Source: Lachnospiraceae bacterium (GTDB lineage Bacteria > Bacteroidota > Bacteroidia > Bacteroidales > Bacteroidaceae). From it: DNA of 64,000 nt. The position numbers were made by a program, and so were the translations under genes. Below the pieces are notes generated by a model. It was not told the origin of the DNA, searched no databases, and saw only the letters and a list, made by a program, of their open reading frames with translations. Location: positions 11,954 through 75,953 of the forward strand of contig CAVKCP010000001.1 in assembly GCA_963654815.1 (NCBI GenBank), written 5' to 3'. Positions 39,083 to 49,122 of this stretch are shown here, piece by piece (the stretch's first letter is position 1; each line of letters opens with the position of its first letter).

Positions 39083-39507
39083 AAGAGTACAAATATACAA
39101 TAGACGGCGACAAATACAATGTTAGCATTGGTGAAGTTGCCGACAACAAAGTCGAAGTTACGGTAAACGGTGTCGTGTATAACGTGGAAATGGAGCCGGA
39201 AGCCGAACCTGAGAAGAAAAAGGTGGTTGTGAAGCCCGTTGAACAGCAGCAGTCTGGCAGCGACACCGTTACCGATGCCGCAAGCGTTAATGCTGCCAAC
39301 GCACTGAAAGCTCCGCTGCCTGGCGTTGTAACCGAGATAAAGGTTGCCGTGGGAAGCGAGGTGAAGAAAGGCGACACAGTGGTTGTGCTTGAAGCAATGA
39401 AGATGGCCAACAACCTTGAAGCAGAGAAAGACGGAAAGGTAACAGCAATTTGCGTGAAGCAAGGCGAGAGCGTCATGGAGGACACTCCGCTGGTTGTTAT
39501 AGAGTAA
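39079..39507 (+). CDS. Biotin carboxyl carrier protein (MmdC-like)
   Basis: APLPG and LEAMKMAN biotinylation motif; start at MKEYKY. Confidence 0.93.
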   Translation: MKEYKYTIDGDKYNVSIGEVADNKVEVTVNGVVYNVEMEPEAEPEKKKVVVKPVEQQQSGSDTVTDAASVNAANALKAPLPGVVTEIKVAVGSEVKKGDTVVVLEAMKMANNLEAEKDGKVTAICVKQGESVMEDTPLVVIE

Positions 39508-39531
39508 TAGGCAGCAGACCGATGCCGGCAG

Positions 39532-39599
39532 ACCGCCGACTGCACTGCGTGGAACATGCTTTTGCATGCCACACGAGTGCTGTCGGCGGTATTTTTTTT
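39532..39599 (+). terminator. Long-stem terminator after the carboxyltransferase operon
   Basis: ACCGCCGAC...CATGC TTTT GCATG...GTCGGCGGT followed by a T8 tract. Confidence 0.75.
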
Positions 39600-39662
39600 G
39601 TATGTATTCCAAAGCAACGCATCGCAGATTGGTGTTTGACTATGGCCAGTCTGCGGAATGAA

Positions 39663-39740
39663 TCATGCGGAACATGGGCGTACAGCGTCTGCCGCACGCG
39701 CGTATGCCATGTGCTGCCCACGCGTGGCGCGCCTGCCGCA
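39663..39740. repeat. Degenerate 22-bp tandem array, copy 4
   Basis: tcatgcggaac atgggcgtaca / gcgtctgccgc acgcgcgtatg / ccatgtgctgc ccacgcgtggc / gcgcctgccgc. Confidence 0.6.
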
Positions 39741-39893
39741 AGTCAAAAAATACGCGGCATTATTTTGCACTTAACCCTATTTGTCGTATCTTTGCACGCA
39801 GATAACTTGCACCCCCATGTCATGGTACGCGGCGCGTTGAGGCGCTTATACCTGCAGTTTTGCACCGAGTGCCTTTAAAAGAAAAATCACACA

Positions 39894-41096
39894 ATGCCTG
39901 AAATATCAGTACGAGGAATAGAAATGCCCGAGTCGCCAATCAGAAAACTGGCACCTCTGGCAGTTGCCGCCAAGCAGCGCGGCATAAATGTCTACCATTT
40001 GAACATTGGACAGCCCGACGTGCCTACGCCGCAAGTGGGGCTCGATGCGCTCAAACACATTGACAGCAATGTGCTGGCCTATTCGCCGTCGCAGGGCATA
40101 CAGTCTTACCGTGAGAAACTCACTGGCTATTACAAGCGTTACAACATCAACGTGACGGCCGACGACATAATAATAACCTCCGGAGGTTCTGAGGCCGTGC
40201 TGTTTGCGTTCATGTCGTGCCTTAACCCCGGCGACGAGATAATCATTCCCGAACCGGCTTATGCCAACTACATGGCCTTCGCCATATCGGCTGGAGCAAA
40301 AATACGCACCATCGCTACAACAATAGAAGAAGGCTTCTCTCTGCCAAAGGTGGAGAAATTTGAAGAACTCATCAACGAGCATACGCGCGCAATACTTATA
40401 TGTAATCCCAACAACCCTACGGGTTATCTTTACACCCGCAGGGAGATGAACCAGATACGCGATCTCGTGAAGAAATACGACTTGTATCTCTTCTCCGACG
40501 AGGTTTACCGTGAGTACATATACACTGGTTCGCCATACATTAGCGCATGCCACTTGGAAGGCATTGAACAGAATGTGATACTTATCGACTCGGTTTCAAA
40601 GCGTTACAGCGAGTGTGGTATACGTATCGGAGCACTCATCACCAAAAACAAAGATGTTGTGGCTGCCGTGATGAAACTGTGTCAGGCTCGCCTGTCGCCG
40701 CCGTTGTTGGGACAGATTGTGGCCGAAGCCTCGCTCGATGCCCCTGAAGAATATTACCGCGATGTGTATGACGAGTATGTTGAACGCCGCAAGTGCCTTA
40801 TCGACGGCCTTAACCGCATTCCCGGCGTGTATTCGCCAATCCCTATGGGAGCGTTTTACACGGTGGCTAAACTGCCGGTTGACGATGCCGAGAAATTCTG
40901 CCGCTGGTGCCTTGAAGATTTCAACTATGAGGGCGAAACCGTCATGATGGCTCCGGCATCGGGCTTCTACACCACGCCGGGAGCCGGCTACAACCAAGTG
41001 CGTATAGCCTATGTGCTTAAAAAAGAGGATCTTGAGCGTGCTCTTCTGGTGCTGCGCAAGGCTCTGGAAAGCTATCCCGGGCGTAAAGACGATTGA
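39894..41096 (+). CDS. Class I/II PLP-dependent aminotransferase (aspartate aminotransferase-like)
   Basis: LNIGQPD, NPNNPTG, SDEVY and SVSKRY...RIG motifs; promoter TATCTTTG at 39787-39794. Confidence 0.92.
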   Translation: MPEISVRGIEMPESPIRKLAPLAVAAKQRGINVYHLNIGQPDVPTPQVGLDALKHIDSNVLAYSPSQGIQSYREKLTGYYKRYNINVTADDIIITSGGSEAVLFAFMSCLNPGDEIIIPEPAYANYMAFAISAGAKIRTIATTIEEGFSLPKVEKFEELINEHTRAILICNPNNPTGYLYTRREMNQIRDLVKKYDLYLFSDEVYREYIYTGSPYISACHLEGIEQNVILIDSVSKRYSECGIRIGALITKNKDVVAAVMKLCQARLSPPLLGQIVAEASLDAPEEYYRDVYDEYVERRKCLIDGLNRIPGVYSPIPMGAFYTVAKLPVDDAEKFCRWCLEDFNYEGETVMMAPASGFYTTPGAGYNQVRIAYVLKKEDLERALLVLRKALESYPGRKDD

Positions 41097-41101
41097 TAGG
41101 G

Positions 41102-42352
41102 ATGAATCTTCCGTTGTTTCTCTCACGCCGCATACACGCCAGTCAGGACGACAGGCGCAGAGTGTCGCGGCCTGCAGTGCTCATTGCCACGATAGGCGTG
41201 GCCGTGGGTTTGGCTGTTATGATTGTGAGCGTTTGCGTGGTGTTTGGCTTCAAGCACACCATACGCGACAAGGTAGTGGGATTCGGCGGACACATACAGG
41301 TGGCCGAATTCAATACCCTTCTCACGTCGGAAAGCCGCCCCATTGCAATGCCTGACTCTATGCTCAAAGTGTTGCGTAGCGTTGAGGGGGTGGCGCATGT
41401 GCAACGTTACGCCATGAAGCAGGGCATACTGAAGACCGACGATGATTTTCTCGGTGTGTCGTTCAAGGGCATTGGGCCGGAATACGACACTACGTTTGTG
41501 AGCGAAAACCTTGTGGAAGGTGTCATACCTCGTTTTTCCGACAGTAAAGGAAGCAACGAGATTCTCATTTCGAAGATAATGGCCGACAAGCTGAAGGTGA
41601 AGTGCGGGCAGCGCATCTTTTCCTATTTCATAGGCGACGGAGGCGATGTGCGCGTGCGGCGGTTCACCATAGCAGGCATATATCAGTCAAACTTGACACA
41701 ATATGACAAGGTGACGTGCTATGCCGACCTATATACTGTCGTGCGACTTAACGGATGGCAGCCTGACCAAGTTACCGGGGCAGAAGTGTCGGTAAAAGAT
41801 TTCGGCAACGTGGACAAGGTGGAAGACGAATTCGTGGCCAAAGTGAACCGGACGCAAGACAAATACGGCAATACATATTCGTCGAAGACAATACGCGAGA
41901 TATGTCCGCAGATATTCTCCTGGCTCGACCTTCTCGACCTCAACGTGTGGATTATACTCGCCATAATGACGGCTGTGGCCGTGGTGACAATGATTTCGGG
42001 TCTGCTCATTATAATACTCGAACAAACCACCATGATAGGTCTGCTGAAAGCCCTCGGTGCCACCAACCGCACCATAAGGCACACTTTTCTGTGGCTTGCG
42101 GTGTTTATCATAGGTAAGGGACTCCTCATCGGCGATGCTATTGCCTTGGCTGTCGTCGTGTTGCAGAAGTGTACGGGCTTGGTGAAACTCGATGCTGCCA
42201 CATATTATGTAAGCACAGTGCCGGTGGAGATTGACATTCCTGCTATGATTGTGCTCAATATCGGCACACTGCTTGTAAGCACGATGGTGCTTGTAATTCC
42301 GAGCTATCTCGTGTCGCACATACATCCGGCCAAGTCGATGCGATACGAATAA
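41102..42352 (+). CDS. LolC/E (FtsX/MacB family) ABC transporter permease
   Basis: 4-TM FtsX topology with a large periplasmic domain; IGLLKALGA and PAKSMRYE ending. Confidence 0.88.
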   Translation: MNLPLFLSRRIHASQDDRRRVSRPAVLIATIGVAVGLAVMIVSVCVVFGFKHTIRDKVVGFGGHIQVAEFNTLLTSESRPIAMPDSMLKVLRSVEGVAHVQRYAMKQGILKTDDDFLGVSFKGIGPEYDTTFVSENLVEGVIPRFSDSKGSNEILISKIMADKLKVKCGQRIFSYFIGDGGDVRVRRFTIAGIYQSNLTQYDKVTCYADLYTVVRLNGWQPDQVTGAEVSVKDFGNVDKVEDEFVAKVNRTQDKYGNTYSSKTIREICPQIFSWLDLLDLNVWIILAIMTAVAVVTMISGLLIIILEQTTMIGLLKALGATNRTIRHTFLWLAVFIIGKGLLIGDAIALAVVVLQKCTGLVKLDAATYYVSTVPVEIDIPAMIVLNIGTLLVSTMVLVIPSYLVSHIHPAKSMRYE

Positions 42353-42497
42353 TGCGGAGCTACACCTTAATTATATTGTTGCATAGTTGGGCACACTATG
42401 GTGGTTATAACGAAAAATGACAAATAAAAACGACCGATTTGTTTTGTTAATTGTGTGAAATGTAGTAACTTTGCACCCGCTTATCAAAAACAGTTGA

Positions 42498-43184
42498 ATG
42501 AAGAATGACAAAATAAAGAACCAATACCGCGTGAATGAGCATATTCGCGTAAGGGAAGTACGTATCGTCGGCGATGACGGGTCTACGGTAATGCCTACTC
42601 GTCAAGCGTTGGAAATGGCAAGGGCCAAAGGCGTTGACCTTGTCGAGATTTCGCCTAATGCGCAGCCGCCCGTTTGCCGTCTCATCGACTATAGCAAATT
42701 CCTCTACCAGCAGAAAAAGCATGCCAAGGAAATGAAGGCAAAGCAGGCTAAGGTGGAAATAAAGGAGATAAGATTCGGACCGCAGACCGACGAGCATGAC
42801 TACAACTTCAAGCTGAAACATGCCAAGGAGTTCTTGAACGAGGGAAACAAGGTGCGTGCCTATGTGTTCTTCCGTGGCCGCTCAATCCTTTTCAAAGAAC
42901 AGGGTGAAGTTCTGCTCCTTCGTTTCGCCAACGATTTGGAAGAATTTGCCAAAGTAGAGCAGTTGCCGAAGCTCGACGGTAAGAAGATGTTTCTTTATCT
43001 CGCGCCCAAAAAGGCTGGCGTGGTGAAGAAAAGCCAGCAGAAAATGGATCGTGAACGCCGTGAAGCCGAAGCCCGTGCAGTGGTTTCTGAGGAAAATGAG
43101 GCTCCGGTGAATGAGTCCAACGGCCTTCTCGCCAACGCCAAAATAAGCGAAGATGCTCTGCGCAAGCTGAAAGAAGAACAATAA
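42498..43184 (+). CDS. infC: Translation initiation factor IF-3
   Basis: [20 protein letters not shown] and FRGR motifs; promoter TAACTTTG at 42466-42473. Confidence 0.97.
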   Translation: MKNDKIKNQYRVNEHIRVREVRIVGDDGSTVMPTRQALEMARAKGVDLVEISPNAQPPVCRLIDYSKFLYQQKKHAKEMKAKQAKVEIKEIRFGPQTDEHDYNFKLKHAKEFLNEGNKVRAYVFFRGRSILFKEQGEVLLLRFANDLEEFAKVEQLPKLDGKKMFLYLAPKKAGVVKKSQQKMDRERREAEARAVVSEENEAPVNESNGLLANAKISEDALRKLKEEQ

Positions 43185-43259
43185 TGTGACATAAAGTGTG
43201 CGTAACGTCAGGTATATACGTTGCCACAATAATAAATAACAACTTTAAAAAACGAAAAA

Positions 43260-43457
43260 ATGCCAAAAGTAAAGACAAACTCCGGTGCAAAGAAGAGATT
43301 CCGCTTTACCGGAACTGGTAAGATCAAACGTCATCACGCTTACCACAGTCACATTCTGACTAAGAAAACAAAGAAGCAGAAGAGAAACCTGGTTCATCAG
43401 ACAATCGTAGACAACAGCAACCTCAAGCAGGTGCGCGATTTGCTCTGCCTTCGTTAA
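43260..43457 (+). CDS. rpmI: 50S ribosomal protein L35
   Basis: [14 protein letters not shown]; position between infC and rplT. Confidence 0.97.
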   Translation: MPKVKTNSGAKKRFRFTGTGKIKRHHAYHSHILTKKTKKQKRNLVHQTIVDNSNLKQVRDLLCLR

Positions 43458-43493
43458 TTTTATTAGTCAAACATTTAAAGGAAAAAGAAAACT

Positions 43494-43838
43494 ATGCCAA
43501 GATCAGTCAATCATGTTGCTTCTAAAGCAAAGAGAACCAGAATCCTGAAACTTACAAAGGGATACTATGGTGCAAGAAAGAATGTTTGGACAGTAGCGAA
43601 GAATACCTGGGAAAAAGGTCTTACCTACGCTTATCGTGACCGCCGCAACAAGAAACGCAACTTCCGCGCACTGTGGATTCAGCGTATCAATGCTGCTGCA
43701 CGCCTCGAGAACATGAGCTACTCAACATTGATGGGTGCCCTGCACAAGGCTGGCATCGAAATCAACCGTAAGGTGCTCGCCGACCTCGCCGTTAACAACC
43801 CCGAGGCTTTCAAGGCTATCGTAGACAAGGTTAAGTAA
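43494..43838 (+). CDS. rplT: 50S ribosomal protein L20
   Basis: [24 protein letters not shown] motif. Confidence 0.98.
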   Translation: MPRSVNHVASKAKRTRILKLTKGYYGARKNVWTVAKNTWEKGLTYAYRDRRNKKRNFRALWIQRINAAARLENMSYSTLMGALHKAGIEINRKVLADLAVNNPEAFKAIVDKVK

Positions 43839-43855
43839 ACAATACTTAAATACAG

Positions 43856-43890
43856 AAAAGGAGATTGCATTTGCATTCTCCTTTTTTTTT
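43856..43890 (+). terminator. Terminator of infC-rpmI-rplT
   Basis: AAAAGGAGATTGCA / TGCATTCTCCTTTT stem plus T tract. Confidence 0.8.
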
Positions 43891-44021
43891 GTGTCTTGTG
43901 GCATTTCGTCATAACGTGCTGCAAATGTATTTCAATTGTGAATTGCCAAAATGTTCAGCGCGTCTTGGTTGGGTTAATATGCTAAATTGTTTTTCTTCTG
44001 CATCAGGCAATTTTGTTTTTC

Positions 44022-44035
44022 GGCACACATTTTGT
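44022..44035 (+). promoter_or_regulatory. Possible sigma54-type -24/-12 promoter for the J-domain gene
   Basis: GGCACACATTTTGT compared with consensus GGCACnnnnTTGC; about 33 bp upstream of the start. Confidence 0.4.
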
Positions 44036-44067
44036 ATGGCAAAATGTAAAAATATGGAGGTTGAATT

Positions 44068-44754
44068 ATGGCATTCATAGATTATTACAAAATATTGGGA
44101 GTTGACAAGAATATTCCCCAAAAGGATGTACGTGCGGCTTATTTGAAGCGCACGAAACTGTTTCATCCCGATTTGCATCCCGATGACCCGAAAGCCAAAG
44201 CCAAGTTTCAGGCACTCAACGAGGCTTACGACGTGATAAGCGACCCTGAGAAGCGCAAAAAATATGACACTTACGGTGAACGGTGGCGTGAAGCCGACGC
44301 TTTCGGGAATTCTTCAGGTGGTTTCACTGGCGGAAGAAGCGCATGGGGTGGGGCTGCCGGTGGCAGTTCCATGTTCGACGGGTTTGACTTTGGTGGTGGA
44401 AACGGTGGCTTTTCGAGCTTTTTCCAAGACCTTTTCGGAGGCGGTGGGGGCATGGGCGGCCGTTGCGGGGGCTCAATGCATGGCGGAAATGCCGATTCCA
44501 ACGCAACGGTAGACATTGACATGTACACTGCATTGCTTGGAGGAGAAGTCATGTTGCAGCTTGGCAACGGTTCGAAGATAAAATTAAAGGTAAAGGAAGG
44601 TACACAGAACGGAGTCAAAGTGCGTCTACCCGGAAAGGGCTACGGCAATGGCTCGGGACGTGCGGGCGACTTGATTATAACTTACAATGTGGTGCTGCCC
44701 ACCAATCTCAGCGACAGGCAGAAAGCACTGCTGCAACAAATGCGCGCGATGTGA
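44068..44754 (+). CDS. DnaJ class II / CbpA-like co-chaperone
   Basis: DYYKILGV, HPD motif, G/F-rich region, shortened DnaJ C-terminal domain, no zinc finger. Confidence 0.9.
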   Translation: MAFIDYYKILGVDKNIPQKDVRAAYLKRTKLFHPDLHPDDPKAKAKFQALNEAYDVISDPEKRKKYDTYGERWREADAFGNSSGGFTGGRSAWGGAAGGSSMFDGFDFGGGNGGFSSFFQDLFGGGGGMGGRCGGSMHGGNADSNATVDIDMYTALLGGEVMLQLGNGSKIKLKVKEGTQNGVKVRLPGKGYGNGSGRAGDLIITYNVVLPTNLSDRQKALLQQMRAM

Positions 44755-44833
44755 TGTCCCTAAACATTTACGACTTTATTTCCACGTTTCAAATATTTGT
44801 TGTAATTTTGCAATATAACAAAAACATTCTGAA

Positions 44834-46606
44834 ATGTATAGAAGCAAAACGTGTGGGGAGCTGAGGCTCTCTGATGCCGGCCGCGAAGTGACATTGGCCG
44901 GCTGGGTGCAGCGCATCAGGAAAATGGGTGGAATGACATTTGTCGACTTGCGCGACAGATATGGCATCACACAGCTTGTGTTCAATGAGGCCGACGACGC
45001 AGATTTGTGCGCGCGTGCAGGCAAACTCGGACGCGAGTTCTGCATACAGGTGATAGGAAACGTTAGCGAGCGTCAGAGCAAGAATCCCAATCTTCCCACT
45101 GGCGAAATAGAGATAACAGTAAAAAATCTCAATGTTCTCTCTGAAAGTGCGACACCGCCGTTCACGATAGAAGACAATACTGATGGCGGAGACGACATCC
45201 GCATGCGTTATCGCTACCTTGACTTGCGCCGTCCGGCAGTGCGCAAAAATCTTGAACTGCGCCACCGCATGACTATTCTCATAAGGAATTTCCTCGATTC
45301 GAAAGACTTTATTGAGGTTGAAACCCCTATTCTTATCGGCAGCACTCCCGAGGGTGCACGCGACTTTGTAGTGCCTTCGCGCATGAATCCTGGACAGTTC
45401 TACGCTTTGCCGCAGAGCCCGCAAACGTTGAAACAATTGCTCATGATAAGCGGTTTCGACCGTTACTTCCAGATAGCCAAGTGTTTCCGCGACGAAGACC
45501 TGCGTGCCGACCGCCAGCCGGAATTCACGCAGATTGACTGCGAAATGTCGTTTGTTGACCAGGAGGATGTGATAGATTTGTTTGAAGACATGGCACGCCA
45601 CCTGTTCAAAGAAGTGCGTGGTGTGGAACTTCCTGCAAAACTTCAGCAGATGACGTGGCATGAAGCTATGCGCCGTTTCGGTAGCGACAAACCCGATTTG
45701 CGCTTCGGAATGGAGTTCGTGGAGCTTCACGATATTCTGAAAGGCAGTGGAACTTTTGCCGTATTCAATGATGCCAACTATATAGGCGGTATATGTGTGC
45801 CCGGCTGTGCCGGATATACCCGCAAGCAACTCGACCAGCTTGCCGACTTCGTAAAGCGTCCGCAGGTGGGTGCCAAGGGCTTGGTCTACATCAAATACAA
45901 CGAAGACGGCAGCGTAAAGAGCAGTGTTGACAAATTCTATTCTCCTGAAATTTTGCAGCAGGTTAAGGCTGCTGCGGGTGCAAACGATGGCGACCTCGTT
46001 CTCATCCTCAGTGGAGACAATGCCAACAAAACGCGCACGCAGCTGTGCTCTTTGCGCTTGGAGATGGGCGACAGACTTGGACTTCGCGACAAAGACAAGT
46101 TTGAATGTTTGTGGATTGTCGATTTCCCACTCTTCGAATGGAGCGACGAAGAACAGCGTCTTATGTCTACGCACCATCCGTTTACAATGCCCAATCCCGA
46201 CGATATACCGCTTCTCGACACTCATCCCGAGAATGTTCGTGCCAAGGCTTACGATTTCGTTTGCAACGGAATAGAGGTTGGTGGTGGTAGCTTGCGTATT
46301 CATGACAGCAAGCTGCAGGAGAAGATGTTCGGCATACTTGGCTTTACTCCCGAGAAAGCCATGGCTCAGTTCGGCTTCCTCATAAACGCTTTCAAGTTTG
46401 GAGCACCGCCTCATGCAGGTCTCGCTTTCGGTCTCGACCGCTTCGTTTCGATAATGGCCGGTCTTGATTCTATTCGTGATTGCATTGCATTCCCCAAGAA
46501 CAACAGTGGCCGCGACGTTATGCTCGATGCACCATCGGCAATCGACGACAAGCAACTTGATGAATTGTGCATAAAGGTTGATTTAAATCAAAAAAACAAC
46601 GAATAA
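44834..46606 (+). CDS. aspS: Aspartate--tRNA ligase
   Basis: [33 protein letters not shown] and GAPPHAG motifs; GAD domain. Confidence 0.98.
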   Translation: MYRSKTCGELRLSDAGREVTLAGWVQRIRKMGGMTFVDLRDRYGITQLVFNEADDADLCARAGKLGREFCIQVIGNVSERQSKNPNLPTGEIEITVKNLNVLSESATPPFTIEDNTDGGDDIRMRYRYLDLRRPAVRKNLELRHRMTILIRNFLDSKDFIEVETPILIGSTPEGARDFVVPSRMNPGQFYALPQSPQTLKQLLMISGFDRYFQIAKCFRDEDLRADRQPEFTQIDCEMSFVDQEDVIDLFEDMARHLFKEVRGVELPAKLQQMTWHEAMRRFGSDKPDLRFGMEFVELHDILKGSGTFAVFNDANYIGGICVPGCAGYTRKQLDQLADFVKRPQVGAKGLVYIKYNEDGSVKSSVDKFYSPEILQQVKAAAGANDGDLVLILSGDNANKTRTQLCSLRLEMGDRLGLRDKDKFECLWIVDFPLFEWSDEEQRLMSTHHPFTMPNPDDIPLLDTHPENVRAKAYDFVCNGIEVGGGSLRIHDSKLQEKMFGILGFTPEKAMAQFGFLINAFKFGAPPHAGLAFGLDRFVSIMAGLDSIRDCIAFPKNNSGRDVMLDAPSAIDDKQLDELCIKVDLNQKNNE

Positions 46607-46741
46607 CCCTTTAGAGGTGAAAGCAATCGACACTTTTCTCTTGAAAATTAGAAAGTTGATGAGAAATATTGTGTAATTTTGTAACAGAATTAAGTTCTGT
46701 AGTGCGAAAAGCATACGGATTTTTGATTTTATTACATTAAT

Positions 46742-47020
46742 ATGGCAGAAAAAAAAGCGACAAAGAAGGTTGCAGCAACGAGTGCTGCTGCTCCAAAGAG
46801 AACAGTGGCAAAGAAAGTTGAGATTGCAGTAAATGCAGAAAACGTAGGTTTCCGCGCTGGCGATGTGTATCAGACATTGGCAGCTTCAGAGAAGCCTTTG
46901 AGCCCGGCTGAAATCGCCAAGCTCTCGAAGATTAGCAAGGAAGAGGCTTATCTCGGCATTGGCTGGCTTCTGAAAGAAGGAAAGGTAAAGGGTGAGGGCA
47001 ACCTCATTGCTTTGGCTTAA
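46742..47020 (+). CDS. Small winged-helix protein (DUF2582-like) with Lys/Ala-rich N-terminal tail
   Basis: VGFRAGDVYQTL...YLGIGWLLKEGK pattern; own promoter (TAATTTTG 46674-46681) and terminator. Confidence 0.75.
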   Translation: MAEKKATKKVAATSAAAPKRTVAKKVEIAVNAENVGFRAGDVYQTLAASEKPLSPAEIAKLSKISKEEAYLGIGWLLKEGKVKGEGNLIALA

Positions 47021-47042
47021 ACACGATTTAGGAATTTGTTAC

Positions 47043-47080
47043 GGGGAGGGTTGCAATTTACAGGTTACAACTCTCCCCTT
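47043..47080 (+). terminator. Terminator hairpin
   Basis: GGGGAGGGTTG / CAACTCTCCCC stem followed by T's. Confidence 0.65.
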
Positions 47081-47090
47081 ATTTGTGCTT

Positions 47091-47417
47091 ATGAGTTACG
47101 ACGAGGAAATACTGCGTGTATTGTATGAGGCAGGCAATGAAGGGCTTTCGGTGTCAAAGATAGTACTGCATGTTTATAATGCCTGCAACTCACTATTTTG
47201 TCCGATTGAAATCGAAACGGTGAGAAAATATGTTGTGTCGTATGTCCGCCGTAACACATGTGGGTCACGATCGCTTTTGAAAAAGGCTTCGCGTCGTGGC
47301 CGCTATTGTCTTAACCCTTGTTCAAGAGAAACCGAATGGCTTCAGTTGTTTGCCGAAGACAGTCGTGAAGAGCAGTGCGGTGGCAGTCAGACTGACGGTT
47401 CGTTGTCGCTGTTCTGA
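47091..47417 (+). CDS. Hypothetical protein, possible winged-helix fold
   Basis: 108-aa ORF from MSYDEEILRVL; GLSVSKIVLHVYN...RGRYCL pattern; ends SLSLF. Confidence 0.7.
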   Translation: MSYDEEILRVLYEAGNEGLSVSKIVLHVYNACNSLFCPIEIETVRKYVVSYVRRNTCGSRSLLKKASRRGRYCLNPCSRETEWLQLFAEDSREEQCGGSQTDGSLSLF

Positions 47418-47472
47418 AACTTTGGCAGTGATAAGATGCCGTATTCCGCTATTTTTTATTAATTTTGCAATC

Positions 47473-47856
47473 AGGAAGCAGTACTCCGGTTCTGTCGCTT
47501 GGCAAATTGTTTGTCAAGAGGAAAGTCCGGGCAGCGCAGGACAATTCACTTCTGAAAATGGAAGCTGTTGGCGACAACAGGTGAACGTAGAAGAAAATAA
47601 CCGCCGTGCATTAGTGCGGTAAGGGTGAGAAGGTGGTGTAAGAGACCACCAGTCAACGGGTGATCGTTGGGCTGTACAAACTGGATGCTGCAAGTTCGCG
47701 TATACCATCGTTCGAGGGCTGTCCGTCCGATGCCGCAGTGCAACGATGGAGGGTAGAATGCTTGAGCTGTGGGGTGACTCACAGTCTAGATAAATGACAG
47801 ATGCTCTCTTGCGTGCAAGAGAGAACAGAACCCGGCTTATAGGGGTACTGCTTCCT
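47473..47856 (+). ncRNA. rnpB: RNase P RNA (class A)
   Basis: GAGGAAAGTCCGGGC and ACAGAACCCGGCTTA signature motifs; P1 AGGAAGCAGTACTCC / GGGGTACTGCTTCCT; promoter TAATTTTG at 47460-47467. Confidence 0.97.
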
Positions 47857-47970
47857 TTTTTAGTTTTTCCGTCAAACATTTTTTTTTTACCGACGCATAA
47901 AGGCTATGTTCGGCTTGCCATATTGCCGTGACAGTCTTTGTGTTGTGTGCCAGTTGCCGTCAGCGGCATC

Positions 47971-48441
47971 TCATTCGTGGTGATACGACTCTCCCTTTAT
48001 TATTGTACAGGCACGGTAAAGTTGTTCGGTAAATACCAGTCTCACCATTTGGTGAGAGAATGTCATCTTCGAAAGGGATATTTTTTCATCGGCGCGGGCA
48101 TAGACTTCTTCAGAGAAACCGTAGGGGCCTCCAATTACAAATACCACCTTGCGTGCGCCCTGCATCTTCTTTTGCAGCCAGCTTGCCATGTCCATACTTG
48201 TGCGTTCGGTGCCGCGTTCGTCAAGAAGGACAACAATGTCAGATGGTTGTATTTGTTTCAGAATAAGCTTTCCTTCCTCCTGTTTCTGCTGCGTTTGGGT
48301 ATAGTTGCGCGTGTTTTTGAGCGCAGCTATCGTGTTAATGGCAAAAGGAACATAATGGTTTATGCGTTTTACATAGTCGTCTATGCCCTCGGCATAAAGC
48401 CGTTCGGTTGTCTTTCCAACCAAAATAAGTTCAGTCTTCAT
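47971..48441 (-). CDS. rlmH: 23S rRNA (pseudouridine1915-N3)-methyltransferase
   Basis: LDERG, FVIGGPYG, SLSKMTFSH and EQLYRA...YHH SPOUT motifs. Confidence 0.96.
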   Translation of the reverse strand: MKTELILVGKTTERLYAEGIDDYVKRINHYVPFAINTIAALKNTRNYTQTQQKQEEGKLILKQIQPSDIVVLLDERGTERTSMDMASWLQKKMQGARKVVFVIGGPYGFSEEVYARADEKISLSKMTFSHQMVRLVFTEQLYRACTIIKGESYHHE

Positions 48442-48739
48442 ATTCATCCTTGCGTTTCGGGTTCTTTGGAAACCAACCTTTTTTCACTCGTTTGCGCTGT
48501 TCGAATATTTCGCCGATGCTCCATAACGACGACGCGCCGAGTATTCCGAAAATAGAAGATATGATGATGTTGCCGATGAGCAGTGCCCCCACGATGAAAA
48601 CAATGCCAAGAAGCAGGAACACCCACCACAGGCGTGTGCCCCAATAATATTCCACCTTTATCACAATGGGATGGAACAGTCCGATTATGAGGAATGTGCT
48701 GACGGCTATTGTAAGACCAGAAAAATGCAGAGAGTCCAT
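48431..48739 (-). CDS. Small membrane protein (DUF4491-like)
   Basis: 3 TM helices; IGLFHPIVIK.EY and EQRKRVKKGWFPKNP. Confidence 0.8.
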   Translation of the reverse strand: MDSLHFSGLTIAVSTFLIIGLFHPIVIKVEYYWGTRLWWVFLLLGIVFIVGALLIGNIIISSIFGILGASSLWSIGEIFEQRKRVKKGWFPKNPKRKDEYED

Positions 48740-48764
48740 GTGTATGTGTCGTTGTTGGCGTTTA

Positions 48765-49106
48765 TCAGTCGTCGGTTCTCAACTCAGGCACTACGGCGAA
48801 ATATTCTACATCGTCGTCGGTGAGGTTTTCCATATAGTGTGCGTGACCCTTCGGGCAATAATGCACTTGTCCTGCCGATGCCGTCTCGGTTACACCGTCG
48901 TAGTGCAGTGTGGCAGTGCCTTTGAGCACGAACATTATTTCGCAGTTTGTTTCATGTTTGTGCAAGCCGGTAGAAGCGTGCGGTTTCAGAGTCTGGCGCA
49001 TTATCTTGCAGTCGTTGTCGGCGAAATTTCTTGCCACGAGTTCGCCTCTCCCACCCTTGAAACCTTCTATTGTCAGTGGGGCGATGTCATTGAAATCTAT
49101 TATCAT
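48765..49106 (-). CDS. Cupin domain protein
   Basis: HKH...E and CPKGHAH cupin motifs. Confidence 0.88.
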   Translation of the reverse strand: MIIDFNDIAPLTIEGFKGGRGELVARNFADNDCKIMRQTLKPHASTGLHKHETNCEIMFVLKGTATLHYDGVTETASAGQVHYCPKGHAHYMENLTDDDVEYFAVVPELRTDD

Positions 49107-49122
49107 ATTTGTCTCTTTATTT

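Noticed and set aside
42498..43184. Non-AUG start or L20 leader at infC
   Set aside because: The gene has a plain ATG about 25 nt after its promoter element, leaving no room for a structured leader.
44789..46555. 588-aa antisense ORF over aspS, and similar long shadow ORFs at 24516-26024, 6609-7877, 52683-53819, 55182-56243 and 61356-62561
   Set aside because: They mirror well-supported genes on the opposite strand, have no recognisable motifs, and are expected from codon bias.
47514..47879. ORFs overlapping 47296-47879
   Set aside because: They are spurious frames across the RNase P RNA gene.
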